In this document: positions 37,915 through 47,956 of the stretch, in pieces
Numbering within the stretch: position 1 is the first letter of the stretch
Layout of the letters: the number at the start of each line of letters is the position of its first letter
NCBI GenBank assembly: GCA_947468275.1
Contig: CANIKO010000003.1
Location: 157,193-221,192 of the forward strand
Direction of reading: 5' to 3'
Origin: Bacteroidota bacterium
GTDB taxonomy: Bacteria; Bacteroidota; Bacteroidia; NS11-12g; UBA9320
Length of the DNA: 64,000 nt
Translations under genes and position numbers: made by a program
Notes under the pieces: generated by a model
What the model was told of the DNA's origin: nothing
What the model saw: only the letters and a program-made list of their open reading frames with translations
Database searches by the model: none

Positions 37915-38679
37915 TTGAAGAAAAATAAAGATATGTTTAAAAGATTAATTTTTGCTGCGGTTATTATTGGTAGTGTTACGTTACAAAATTGTAAATCTGG
38001 AGAAGGAGATCCTACGCCTTTGCCCATCACGGCTCCTGTTGTTACATTTCCTGACGCCATTAAGAATGTTGACGGGGTGTTAGCTGCTATTATTACATTG
38101 ACCAAGGAAAGTGGAACAGATTTGAAAATTGGAAGCGCCTATGCTGTTTTCTATAAAGGTAAAAATCCATCAATGAAATTGGATGCTGGAACGGTTAAGA
38201 TAAATACAAAAACTACAACAAAAAGTGATGATAATGTTTATTTCTACACTACATCGGCAACTGAACCTAATGGATTAGTATATCAAAGTCAGGTGTTTTG
38301 GCAAGCTACCGGAAGCATAGCCAATGACGTGCCTTCAATAAACAATAACGATGGTGTAGGTTTGCCTAATGTTCCTAATGTCCCGGAATATATGACCATG
38401 AACGTGGCCCAAGATAAACTTATTACATGGACTTCAAGTTTTGGGTCTGATTCAGTGGTATTAATATTAAAGGGACCATCAGCGACTTATAAGCGAGTTT
38501 TTGCATCTACCGTCAGTAGCCATACCATTGCCAAGGCAGATATTGTTAAGTTGGGAATTGGAACCGGAAATCTTCAGGTTATTAATTATAAGTTAGATAT
38601 TAGAACCGTTGGTACAAAAAATTATGCATTTTTAAAACAATGTATAGGGGTATGTAGTAAGGTTGGGATTACATTATAA
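37915..38679 (+). CDS. Hypothetical lipoprotein.
   Basis: Lipoprotein signal 'AAVIIGSVTLQNC'. No recognised catalytic motifs. Confidence 0.5.
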   Translation: MKKNKDMFKRLIFAAVIIGSVTLQNCKSGEGDPTPLPITAPVVTFPDAIKNVDGVLAAIITLTKESGTDLKIGSAYAVFYKGKNPSMKLDAGTVKINTKTTTKSDDNVYFYTTSATEPNGLVYQSQVFWQATGSIANDVPSINNNDGVGLPNVPNVPEYMTMNVAQDKLITWTSSFGSDSVVLILKGPSATYKRVFASTVSSHTIAKADIVKLGIGTGNLQVINYKLDIRTVGTKNYAFLKQCIGVCSKVGITL

Positions 38680-38683
38680 TATA

Positions 38684-38739
38684 TATATAATAGAAACGTA
38701 AAACCGCAGATTTCTGCGGTTTTACGTTTCTATTATATA
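38684..38739. terminator. Perfect 26-bp inverted repeat with a 4-nt loop between two convergent genes. Likely a bidirectional terminator.
   Basis: 'tatataatagaaacgtaaaaccgcag-attt-ctgcggttttacgtttctattatata'. Confidence 0.55.
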
Positions 38740-38766
38740 CTTTCTGAGATTTTAAGATAATTTTTT

Positions 38767-39318
38767 TTATTTGGATTTAGCTAAAAGTTTTTTCCAACTC
38801 AAAATACCAAGTATTCCTATACCAAAAATAAGAACAGCGTATATAGATGTTATATAAAGTTCCTTTTTTGCATATACAATTATCATTATTAAATCAGCAA
38901 TCAACCACCAATACCAATTTTCAATTTTGCGAAGCGCAGTAAGGCATTGTGCGAAAATACTGACAGTTAGTATAGTCGCTTCAGCAATTGGGTAGCTACA
39001 ATCAGTGTATTTTTTAAGGTAATAAGTAGTAAAAGGAGTAGTTAGTATTGTTAGGGTTATCCAGATTGCTCTCTTTTGGTTGGTTAATTTGTCTGGGATT
39101 TTCAAAGTGCTCTTATTCCAATTAGCCCAGCCCCAAATTCCTGTGGTTAGAAAAATTAATTGAACGATAAAATCCCCATAGAGTTTTTGTTTCCAAAACA
39201 TCCACATAAAGCAAACTATATTGATAAACCCGACCGGCCAAGTATTAATATTGTTTTTGTATAATAAATAAACAGCTGCAATGCCAGTTACAACACCTAA
39301 AATCTCAATTGTATTCAT
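38767..39318 (-). CDS. pnuC: Nicotinamide riboside transporter PnuC family.
   Basis: ~180 aa with 6-7 TM helices. 'ILGVVTGIAAVYLLYKNNINTWPVGFIN', 'WANWNK'. Confidence 0.7.
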   Translation of the reverse strand: MNTIEILGVVTGIAAVYLLYKNNINTWPVGFINIVCFMWMFWKQKLYGDFIVQLIFLTTGIWGWANWNKSTLKIPDKLTNQKRAIWITLTILTTPFTTYYLKKYTDCSYPIAEATILTVSIFAQCLTALRKIENWYWWLIADLIMIIVYAKKELYITSIYAVLIFGIGILGILSWKKLLAKSK

Positions 39319-39426
39319 TTTTGAAGGCGCAAATTAAATAATAGAAACTCTATAAAAGAATCCATTTTAAATAGAATCCAAATCGTTTACCTTTGCACAA
39401 AAATACAGAAGTAACTACTTTGCATC

Positions 39427-40818
39427 GTGAAAAATAAATACATTGACCTGATTCAGCAAACATTTAATTTCCCTCAGGAAGAGTTTCAGTTGGAAGATAA
39501 CTCACTTACTTTCCATGACATATATCTGCTCGATTTAATAAAACAATATGGTACGCCTTTGAAATTTCATTATCTTCCAAAGATATCCGAAAATATAAAG
39601 AAGGCTAAAATGTGGTTTAATGTAGCTATGGCCAAATGTGATTATCAGGCTAAGTACCATTATTGCTACTGTACCAAAAGTAGTCATTTTCAGTTTGTAT
39701 TGGAAGAAGCTTTAAAAAATGATATTCATATTGAAACGTCGTCCGCATTTGATATTGATATTATTGAAGCCCTCTATCTGGAAGGTAAAATTACCAAGCA
39801 ACAATTTATTATTTCCAATGGTTTTAAAACGGATACCTATATTGAAAACATAGCCCGAATAATTAATGATGGATTTGAAAATGCATTGCCCATTTTGGAT
39901 AATAAAAGTGAGTTGGATCGGCTAACCGCATTAACCGATAAACCTTTTAAAATTGGTATTCGACTGGCGGCAGAAGAGGAGCCAAAGTTTGAGTTTTATA
40001 CCAGTCGTTTGGGAATTGGATATAAAGATATAGTGCCCTTTTATCTAGATCAGATTAAAGATAAACCCAATGTAGAAGTAAAGATGCTACATTTCTTTAT
40101 TAATACTGGTATTGCTGATACTGCTTATTATTGGAATGAGTTGCACAAGTGTTTGAAGGTGTATTGTGCTCTTAAAAAGAGTTGCCCGACTTTAGATTCT
40201 TTAAACATTGGTGGCGGTTTCCCTATCAAAAATTCATTATCCTTCGAGTACGATTATGCGTATATGGCCGAAGAAATAGTTGCCCAGGTAAAACAGGTTT
40301 GCCACGAAAATCATATTCCAGAGCCTAATATTTTTACTGAGTTTGGTTCTTTTACAGTTGGTGAAAGTGGAGGTGCAATCTATCAAGTGCTTTATCAAAA
40401 GCAACAAAACGACCGTGAAAAATGGAACATGATTGATAGCAGTTTTATGACCACATTGCCCGATGCATGGGCTATTAACAAAAAATTTCTGATGTTGCCC
40501 ATCAATCGTTGGGACAGAACTTACGAACGGGTGTTATTAGGCGGATTAACCTGTGATAGTGATGATTATTACAATTCGGAGCAACATGTAAACGCTATTT
40601 ATTTACCTCGATTTAATAACGATGACCCACTTTATTTAGGTTTTTTCAATACAGGGGCCTATCAGGAAAGTGTGGGTGGCTATGGTGGAATTCAGCATTG
40701 TCTTGTGCCGGCACCTAAGCATGTAATTATTGATAAAGATGCGGATGGTGTAATTTCAACCCGAATATTTTCAAAAGAACAGAGCTATAAAAGCATGTTG
40801 AAAATTTTGGGGTATTAA
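39427..40818 (+). CDS. Type III PLP-dependent decarboxylase (Orn/DAP/Arg decarboxylase family 2), arginine decarboxylase-like.
   Basis: 'GTPLKFHYLP', 'LNIGGGFPI', 'GGLTCDSDD'. The shape is an alanine-racemase-like barrel plus C-terminal domain. Confidence 0.55.
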   Translation: MKNKYIDLIQQTFNFPQEEFQLEDNSLTFHDIYLLDLIKQYGTPLKFHYLPKISENIKKAKMWFNVAMAKCDYQAKYHYCYCTKSSHFQFVLEEALKNDIHIETSSAFDIDIIEALYLEGKITKQQFIISNGFKTDTYIENIARIINDGFENALPILDNKSELDRLTALTDKPFKIGIRLAAEEEPKFEFYTSRLGIGYKDIVPFYLDQIKDKPNVEVKMLHFFINTGIADTAYYWNELHKCLKVYCALKKSCPTLDSLNIGGGFPIKNSLSFEYDYAYMAEEIVAQVKQVCHENHIPEPNIFTEFGSFTVGESGGAIYQVLYQKQQNDREKWNMIDSSFMTTLPDAWAINKKFLMLPINRWDRTYERVLLGGLTCDSDDYYNSEQHVNAIYLPRFNNDDPLYLGFFNTGAYQESVGGYGGIQHCLVPAPKHVIIDKDADGVISTRIFSKEQSYKSMLKILGY

Positions 40819-40910
40819 AGCCCCCTGCCCCGGAAGTAGGTGTCTCTTAGAAGGTTATAAATTTTTTATTTAGCATTCTTATACAAGGTCTTTTATTACC
40901 TTTACATATT

Positions 40911-41165
40911 ATGAACGAAATAATCGGTACCCAAAAAGAACTTATCGGTAAGAATTGGGTTAAAGTTATCAGAATAAGCCTTTTTATACTAATGGCTTTC
41001 ACTTTTTATTGCTTGTATACTTATTTTGATGGTTTAAAAGTAAATGAATTCCGATTCAAAAATTTACTGATAGCAATTTCTACCGCAGTATTGATTATGT
41101 TTTTGCCACCATTTCTTGGATACAAAAAATATTTAATAAAAAAGAATCCGTCTTCTGAAATTTAG
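40911..41165 (+). CDS. Hypothetical small membrane protein (84 aa).
   Basis: Two hydrophobic helices. Clean intergenic placement upstream of mtaB. Confidence 0.3.
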   Translation: MNEIIGTQKELIGKNWVKVIRISLFILMAFTFYCLYTYFDGLKVNEFRFKNLLIAISTAVLIMFLPPFLGYKKYLIKKNPSSEI

Positions 41166-41222
41166 GTGTTTCTACTGTTATTCCTAAAAATCGTAAATCT
41201 AAAATCGTAAATAGAATTATCT

Positions 41223-42542
41223 TTGCGCCCGATGTCGCAATCCGTTGCTTTTTATACATTAGGTTGTAAACTTAATTTTTCTGAAACTTCTACCATCACC
41301 CGGCAGATGGAAGGCTATGGATTTGTGAAAAAGGATTTCCAACAAGGAGCCGATATTTATGTGATAAATACCTGTTCCGTTACCGACCATGCCGACAAAA
41401 AATGTCGCAAGGTGGTAAAGGAAGCTTTAAAATATAATGCCGCCGCCAAGGTGGTGGTAATAGGTTGTTATGCTCAACTTAAACCACAAGAAATTGCCAG
41501 TATCCCCGGGGTGAATATGGTTTTGGGAGCTGCCGAAAAATTTAATTTGGTAGAGAATTTGGCCAAATTGAGGGACGATGAAAGTCCTTTAGTTTTAAAT
41601 CAAAATATTAAAGAAACCAATGTGTTTGTTCCCGGATTTTCGTTTGGCGAACGAACCCGTTCGTTTATGAAAGTGCAGGACGGTTGCGATTATTTTTGTT
41701 CGTTTTGCACCATACCGTTAGCTCGCGGAAAAAGTCGCAGCCAAACCGTGGCCGAAACTATTAAAGTAGCCAATGAAGTAGCCACCACTGGAATTAAAGA
41801 AATTGTGCTAACTGGTGTAAATCTTGGAGATTTTGGGGTGGGGCATGGCGAAACTTTTTATGATTTGGTAAAGGAACTGGATAAGGTAGTAGGAATTGAA
41901 CGCTTCCGAATTTCAAGCATTGAACCTAATTTACTAACCGATGATATTATTCGATTTGTAGCCCAAAGCAAAAAATTTGTTCCCCATTTTCATATTCCGT
42001 TGCAAAGCGGCTCTAACGCTATTTTAAAATTAATGCGAAGGAAATACGAACGTGATTTATATGTCAATCGGGTTAAAACCATCAAATCATTGATGCCTCA
42101 TTGTTGCATTGGTGTGGATGTGATTGTAGGATTTCCTCAGGAAACAGAAGAAGCGTTTTTAGAAACCTATAATTTTTTGAACGAACTGGATATTAGTTAC
42201 CTTCATGTGTTTCCATACAGTGAACGTCCTAATACCACAGCCCGAAAATTAGAAGGTTCAGTGCCAGTTAAAACAAGAATGGAACGGGCAAAAATGCTTC
42301 GAATTTTGAGCGAGAAAAAACGCCTTAAATTTTACACCGAAAATATTGGTAAAACATTTACCGTACTTTATGAAGCCGAGGAAAACCACGGAACTATGTA
42401 TGGTTTTACGGAAAATTATATTAAAATTGAAACATCTTACGATCCATTGTTGGTAAACGAATTGGTTCAAGTTCAACTCATCGAAATCAATGAAAATATG
42501 AATGTAATTCCCTTGGAACTTTCCACCTGCTTGCATACTTAA
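41223..42542 (+). CDS. mtaB: Radical-SAM methylthiotransferase, MtaB-like (tRNA t6A37 methylthiotransferase).
   Basis: 'VAFYTLGCKLNFSETS' (MTTase N-domain) and radical SAM 'CDYFCSFCTIP'. Length 439 aa. Confidence 0.65.
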   Translation: MRPMSQSVAFYTLGCKLNFSETSTITRQMEGYGFVKKDFQQGADIYVINTCSVTDHADKKCRKVVKEALKYNAAAKVVVIGCYAQLKPQEIASIPGVNMVLGAAEKFNLVENLAKLRDDESPLVLNQNIKETNVFVPGFSFGERTRSFMKVQDGCDYFCSFCTIPLARGKSRSQTVAETIKVANEVATTGIKEIVLTGVNLGDFGVGHGETFYDLVKELDKVVGIERFRISSIEPNLLTDDIIRFVAQSKKFVPHFHIPLQSGSNAILKLMRRKYERDLYVNRVKTIKSLMPHCCIGVDVIVGFPQETEEAFLETYNFLNELDISYLHVFPYSERPNTTARKLEGSVPVKTRMERAKMLRILSEKKRLKFYTENIGKTFTVLYEAEENHGTMYGFTENYIKIETSYDPLLVNELVQVQLIEINENMNVIPLELSTCLHT

Positions 42543-42588
42543 AAATATCTTAACCTCTTATTTCATAACATACTAAACTTAATAAATA

Positions 42589-43785
42589 ATGTACCCCACC
42601 ATTTACGACGCCATAAAAGACCTTTTCGGATTCAATATTCCTTTTCTTCAAATAGCCAATACTTTTGGCTTTTTTGTTGCTATTGCATTTTTGGTAGCAA
42701 ATTATATTATGTCCATAGAACTTCAGAGAAAGGAAGTGGAAGGGATTTTATTGCCAACTACAAAAATGGAGAAAATAGGCTATCCTTTATCTCCCGCAGA
42801 TTATGTTGTAAATGCAATGATAGGGTTTGTTTTAGGTTATAAAATATTGCCTTTGCTTTTCGATAGTTCTTTGCTTGTTGGAGGTGCACCACATTACCTT
42901 TTTTCATCTGATGGCAATTGGATAGCAGGAATCCTAATGGCTGGTTTGCTGCTTTTTTTAAAATGGAGAGAAGATAAAAAACAGAGATTGTTAGAACCGA
43001 AAACATTGCAAGTAGTTGTTCACCCATGGCAACATATGGGTTATATTACTTTAGTAGCGGCAGTCACAGGGATTTTTGGAGCCAAAATATTTCATCAGCT
43101 GGAGTATTGGGACGATTTTATTGCCGACCCAATAGGCGGAATTTTTTCAGCAAGTGGACTTACTTTTTTTGGAGGTTTAATTTGCGGAGGAGCTGGTGTG
43201 CTTTGGGTTGCAAAAAAGAATGGTATAGGAGTGAGGCACATGTTAGATGTAGGTGGCCCGGCTATGATGTTGGCCTACGGAATCGGAAGATTGGGTTGTC
43301 ATTTTAGTGGAGATGGTGATTGGGGAATAGTAAATAATACCCATAAACCATCTTGGTTTTCATTTGTTCCAGATTGGTTTTGGGCTTATAATTATCCCAA
43401 CAATGTAGCCCATGAGTGTGACCCAACTGGAGGCAGTATGCCTTGTAATTTTGAATCAACTCCATATTTGCAATTGCCGGTTTTTCCAACACCATTTTAT
43501 GAAGCCTTGGCCGCCATAGCTCTTTTTGGAATATTATGGTTGATTCGTAAACAAATAAAACCTGCCGGTGGTTTATTTGGTATTTACCTCATGATGGTAG
43601 GTGCTGAAAGGTTTTTAGTTGAAAAAATTAGAGTGAATAGTACTTATAATTTATTTGGGTTTCATCCTACTCAAGCTGAAATTATTTCTGTGGTATTGTT
43701 CATAGCAGGATTAGTCTTGTGGGTTTATGCTTCGAAAAAACAAAAGAATATCAATTCATCAGTTCAAAACGATGGCAATATTTAA
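42589..43785 (+). CDS. lgt: Prolipoprotein diacylglyceryl transferase (long Bacteroidota-type form with a cysteine-rich periplasmic insertion).
   Basis: Multi-TM. 'GGPAMMLAYGIGRLGCHFSGDGDWG' resembles the Lgt signature region. Confidence 0.7.
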   Translation: MYPTIYDAIKDLFGFNIPFLQIANTFGFFVAIAFLVANYIMSIELQRKEVEGILLPTTKMEKIGYPLSPADYVVNAMIGFVLGYKILPLLFDSSLLVGGAPHYLFSSDGNWIAGILMAGLLLFLKWREDKKQRLLEPKTLQVVVHPWQHMGYITLVAAVTGIFGAKIFHQLEYWDDFIADPIGGIFSASGLTFFGGLICGGAGVLWVAKKNGIGVRHMLDVGGPAMMLAYGIGRLGCHFSGDGDWGIVNNTHKPSWFSFVPDWFWAYNYPNNVAHECDPTGGSMPCNFESTPYLQLPVFPTPFYEALAAIALFGILWLIRKQIKPAGGLFGIYLMMVGAERFLVEKIRVNSTYNLFGFHPTQAEIISVVLFIAGLVLWVYASKKQKNINSSVQNDGNI

Positions 43786-43854
43786 TCTGCTAAAAATCCA
43801 ATAGTTGATTTTTTTACTGACTAAATAAATAATATTTTCAACTATTTTTACAAC

Positions 43855-45783
43855 ATGCAAAGACTCGCCTTTCTTTTATTAATTGCTTTTATTTTTATCT
43901 CGAATTTAACCAAAGCACAATCTGATACGATACAAACCTTTAGTTTTAAGGATTCAACCAAGCGCAATGGAATGTTTAAATTTCCGGCTACTACCGAAAA
44001 ATATAGAAAGGTTTTGATGTATTATACGCTTAAATGTTACGCTAAAGTTTCAAAGTATGACAACAAATATGCGTGTGGTGAATGGGATTATTTAACCTAT
44101 ACTTTTGTGACAGACAAATTAGGAGTAACTTATGAAATAGCCCGATATATTACCCCTTACGGAATAAATCTTTCTCTTGGCCCTAATGGATTTACGTGGG
44201 TCTATGATGTTACTGATTACAAATCTTTGCTAACTGATTCTGTCAAACTTTCAGCAGGAAATACTCAGGAATTATTAGATCTTAAATTTGTATTTATTAA
44301 AGGAACACCTCCAGCAGAGGTTATAAAAATAAATCAGATTTGGAATACAGGTGCGGCTTCGTATAGTTATAAGAGTCTAGATTCAAATTTTGTTTTAAAA
44401 GCCAAATCCATTTATGTAGAACCTAGCGCTTCGGTATTGAAATTCAGAAGTCGCATTACTGGACATGGCCATAATAGTAATGATGGTAGTTACCCGCATT
44501 GCTGCGAATGGAAAAATAATGTTCATTCTCTATATTCAGGAAATCAATTAATAAAAGATTGGCATATTTGGCAAACTTTGGATTGTGCTGATAATCCAGT
44601 ATTTCCTCAAGGAGGTACATGGCCTTATGCCCGTGAGGGATGGTGCCCAGGCGATAAAGTAAAAGATACTGAGTTTGACGTTACGCAATATAAAACCGGC
44701 GATAGCCTACAAATGGACTATAGAATAACTCCAGTTCCATTAGATAATTTAGGAATGGGTGGCGGTAATTATGTGGTGGCCATGCATATTATTCAATATT
44801 CCAAGCCTTCCTTTACAAATGATGCTGAAGTATATGATATTATTTCGCCAAGTGGTGTGCAAATTAATAGCAAATTTAGCCCATCGTGCGCTGAACCTAA
44901 AATTGTGATTCGCAATAATTCTGCCGATACTATGAGTTCATTAAATTTAGAATATTCCATTTCTGGAGGTTATAAAATGATCTATAAATGGACCGGGCGA
45001 CTTGGATTTTTGCAAACCCAAACCATTCAATTGCCAATATATGATGCTGGATTTTTTCGTGGCGATGGAAAAAATATTTTTACTTGCAGCATAATCAAAC
45101 GCAATGGTAAAGCGGATAGCTATATGGATAATAACAGTATGGCTGCACCGTTTAAAATGCCCGATATTTATAAAGATAAATTGTATGTGGAGTTTAAGAC
45201 CAATACCTTTTCAAGCGAAAATCGCTACACTATTAAGGATTCACGCGATAGCATAATTATTAGTAAAGATAATTTGGCAGCCAATAAGATTTATCGCGAT
45301 ACCTTAAAAAATTTGAAACCTGGCTGCTATACATTTGAATTATTGGATGATGCAACCGATGGTATTACTTTTTGGGCCAATCCTGATCAGGGAGGCGGTT
45401 ATATTAGGTTTAGAAAAGCCACGGGAAATACAGTACTTAAAAATTTTGGAGTGGATTTTGGATATAGAATCTACTATGCTTTTATTGTAGATAGTTTACA
45501 AAAAGGCCAACAACCGGTTTATACAAATGAACCTGCCGACGGGGAAGTTATACTGCAGCCCAACCCAACTAAGGGTAGTTTTACGCTCATTACAGCAGGT
45601 CTTAGCGGAATTTATGAATTAGAAATTATGGATGCCATTGGTCATATTATTTACAAACGAAGTGTGGATACCGAAACCGAACAAGATATTGATGTTAAAG
45701 ATTTAAAAGTATCGTCAGGCATATACTTTGTAAGGCTTTCCAATGGCAGCCATAGAATTGTGAAGAGGTTGTTGGTGGATTAG
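43855..45783 (+). CDS. T9SS-secreted peptide-N4-(N-acetyl-beta-glucosaminyl)asparagine amidase F (PNGase F)-like protein with extra C-terminal domains and a T9SS CTD.
   Basis: Blocks co-linear with Elizabethkingia PNGase F as I recall it: 'YEIARYITPYG', 'DVTDYKSLLTDSVKLS', 'ITGHGHN', 'HCCEWKNNVH', 'CADNP...PYAREGWCPGDKV'. CTD 'ILQPNPTKGSFTL...GIYFVRLSNG'. Confidence 0.7.
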   Translation: MQRLAFLLLIAFIFISNLTKAQSDTIQTFSFKDSTKRNGMFKFPATTEKYRKVLMYYTLKCYAKVSKYDNKYACGEWDYLTYTFVTDKLGVTYEIARYITPYGINLSLGPNGFTWVYDVTDYKSLLTDSVKLSAGNTQELLDLKFVFIKGTPPAEVIKINQIWNTGAASYSYKSLDSNFVLKAKSIYVEPSASVLKFRSRITGHGHNSNDGSYPHCCEWKNNVHSLYSGNQLIKDWHIWQTLDCADNPVFPQGGTWPYAREGWCPGDKVKDTEFDVTQYKTGDSLQMDYRITPVPLDNLGMGGGNYVVAMHIIQYSKPSFTNDAEVYDIISPSGVQINSKFSPSCAEPKIVIRNNSADTMSSLNLEYSISGGYKMIYKWTGRLGFLQTQTIQLPIYDAGFFRGDGKNIFTCSIIKRNGKADSYMDNNSMAAPFKMPDIYKDKLYVEFKTNTFSSENRYTIKDSRDSIIISKDNLAANKIYRDTLKNLKPGCYTFELLDDATDGITFWANPDQGGGYIRFRKATGNTVLKNFGVDFGYRIYYAFIVDSLQKGQQPVYTNEPADGEVILQPNPTKGSFTLITAGLSGIYELEIMDAIGHIIYKRSVDTETEQDIDVKDLKVSSGIYFVRLSNGSHRIVKRLLVD

Positions 45784-45880
45784 AAGCATATCTGAAACTG
45801 AAATATTCTGTAAAGATATTTTTTGAAGACAACTCTTTTATTAATTAAATCATCTTTATAAATATGCTATCAATATTAAA

Positions 45881-46786
45881 ATGAAAAATAATACTATTAT
45901 TTCTTCATTAGTAAGGATGAGTCTTTTATTAATTTTATTTTCCTACTCAAGGTTATGTCAGAGTCAATCCTGTGATCCAAAATGGAACCGAACAAAAAGT
46001 ATAAATTGTGTAGGTTCACCTATTCAATTTGAATCAAATTCTCCGGGACGAACCACTTATGAATGGATATTTGAAAATGGAATGAGCACAGGACAAGGTA
46101 CAACTACTGCTCTGCGTGACCCGGTGCATGCCTTTTCTAGAGCTGGTAATTACATTGTAATATTCAAAGGTTCAGGAGGGGCAGGTCCTTGCACCGACAC
46201 AGTAATGATTACAATCTATTGTTGTAATTCGGAGGAAAGCCCTAAGATAGTAACCAAACCTTTGAATAATAAATACCAGTATTTTACAGGAAACAAGTTT
46301 TGTTTTATTGATAGCACCTTGCCTACCCAAAACAATAATATTTGTAATGTAAGTTACCAGTTTGGCGATGGGGCTGTTTATTCAAATGACAACCCGAAAG
46401 TTGGAGATACTATTTGCCATAGTTTTAATAATCATAAAGGCGGATATTTTGATTTAACCGTAGAAATAAGAAATTGTACAGGTTGTCGCAGTTTTGTAAA
46501 GTATGATACTTTTATGAGGGTATATCCAAAATCAATGCTTAACACCAGCATAAGTATAGGGGAGAAGATTAATTTTTATCCCAATCCTACTAATGATTAT
46601 TTAAACATAAACTTAAAGGAACCTTCTGTTATTAGGATTTATTCAATAGTAGGTGAGATTTTATTCTTACAAAATTTCAAAGTAGGTTTGGCCACCATCG
46701 ATTTAAAAAACCTTACAAAATCTAACTATTTTATAGAAGTGTTTGACGGTACAAATTATTATCGACAAATAGTTCAAAAGCAATAA
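45881..46786 (+). CDS. Small T9SS cargo protein with a PKD-like domain. Function unknown.
   Basis: Signal peptide. PKD-like 'YEWIFENG...GNYIVIF'. CTD 'INFYPNPTNDYLNINL...SNYFIEVFDG'. Confidence 0.6.
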   Translation: MKNNTIISSLVRMSLLLILFSYSRLCQSQSCDPKWNRTKSINCVGSPIQFESNSPGRTTYEWIFENGMSTGQGTTTALRDPVHAFSRAGNYIVIFKGSGGAGPCTDTVMITIYCCNSEESPKIVTKPLNNKYQYFTGNKFCFIDSTLPTQNNNICNVSYQFGDGAVYSNDNPKVGDTICHSFNNHKGGYFDLTVEIRNCTGCRSFVKYDTFMRVYPKSMLNTSISIGEKINFYPNPTNDYLNINLKEPSVIRIYSIVGEILFLQNFKVGLATIDLKNLTKSNYFIEVFDGTNYYRQIVQKQ

Positions 46787-46809
46787 TATTTAATTGTAGA
46801 TGGATTGAT

Positions 46810-47754
46810 TTAATTATACATGGAGTAATAAATTTTCCATTCCCCTTTTGTTTTTTTCATAACCATAAATAAGGAATTTTCTTCCGGAGCTTTATGATTG
46901 TCAATTATAAAAATACGTTCGCCAATTAAATTTCCTCTGACAAAAGCAAAATCATTAGAGAGTTCTGTGGCTTCAACTGAAATCATTAGATTTAGTTGGT
47001 TTGTTTTAAATAATTGTTTGTAATAATCATTTATCTGTATTGCACCGCCGACAGTGATTTTTTGCTTAGGCATAAATATAGCATTGGTATCAAATACAGT
47101 CATTATTTTTAAGGAATCTGATGCATTGAGTGCTTCTTCGAAATGCTTAAGCACTAAGGCTATACTTGTTTTTTCATGTTTAGAAATAGAATCAGCTGCA
47201 ACCACAGCTTTATCTTTTTTTTCAACCAAAGTTTTCTTTTCATCTTTTTTTACCTCTGCGTCTTTGGTCTTTTTTATAGCTTCTTCTTTTGGGTCCTTTT
47301 TTTCTTCTACTATTACTTTGGGCTTTTCTTTATTGCCTCCCCGGTCAAAAGTTCTCGCATAATTCACAATAGCCCAAATATCCTCTACATCCGTTATTTT
47401 CTTTTTAAAGGAGGGCATATCCTTTCTTCCTTCATTTATTTTATAAAAGATTGAGCCATCACTTTGTTCTTGAAAATCACTTGATGTAAAATCTCCACAA
47501 GGTGTATCCAGTTCTTTTGATTTAGACCCATCACCCTTGCCTCCCGCTCCATGGCATGATTTGCAATGCTTGGCATAAAGTGCTTTCCCTGATTTTACAC
47601 TTTCATCAGAGGTTTTAACAGGATTCTTTATTTTTTTTGCCGATTCAGAAACCACCCAATCCTTTTTAGACTGCAAATAGGTTGAAACTGAAAATGAACA
47701 GGCTATTAGTGCAAAGGCACTAATAGAAACCAATACTTTATTTTTATTTTTCAT
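46810..47754 (-). CDS. Membrane-anchored mono-heme c-type cytochrome fused to a C-terminal NTF2/SnoaL-like (DUF4440-like) domain through a Lys/Glu-rich linker.
   Basis: N-terminal TM. 'HCKSCHGAGGKG' (CxxCH). 'KEKPKVIVEEKKDPKEEAIKKTKDAEVKKDEKK'. C-terminal 'LKHFEEALNASDSLKIMTVFDTNAIFMP...GEWKIYYSMYN'. Confidence 0.65.
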   Translation of the reverse strand: MKNKNKVLVSISAFALIACSFSVSTYLQSKKDWVVSESAKKIKNPVKTSDESVKSGKALYAKHCKSCHGAGGKGDGSKSKELDTPCGDFTSSDFQEQSDGSIFYKINEGRKDMPSFKKKITDVEDIWAIVNYARTFDRGGNKEKPKVIVEEKKDPKEEAIKKTKDAEVKKDEKKTLVEKKDKAVVAADSISKHEKTSIALVLKHFEEALNASDSLKIMTVFDTNAIFMPKQKITVGGAIQINDYYKQLFKTNQLNLMISVEATELSNDFAFVRGNLIGERIFIIDNHKAPEENSLFMVMKKTKGEWKIYYSMYN

Positions 47755-47956
47755 ACCAAAATAGTTTAAAATTGTGTTGGCATAAGGGTTAGGTTATCTT
47801 CATATTGCTAAACAGCCATGGAATATGAAATTATTTATTTCAAATTTATATTCTTTTGCGTAGGCTAAATATTTTTTAGAGATGACTTAAATCAGTAAAA
47901 TTGAAGAAACAAAAATTAAGATAGGATGTTTTAGGTATATATTTAAATTTGCAACG

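Noticed and set aside
47176-47454. Phe/Leu-rich ORFs that look like a membrane protein on the plus strand.
   Set aside because: They are antisense to the KE-rich linker of the cytochrome c gene. An AAA/GAA-rich sense strand gives TTT/TTC-rich antisense, so this is a compositional artefact.
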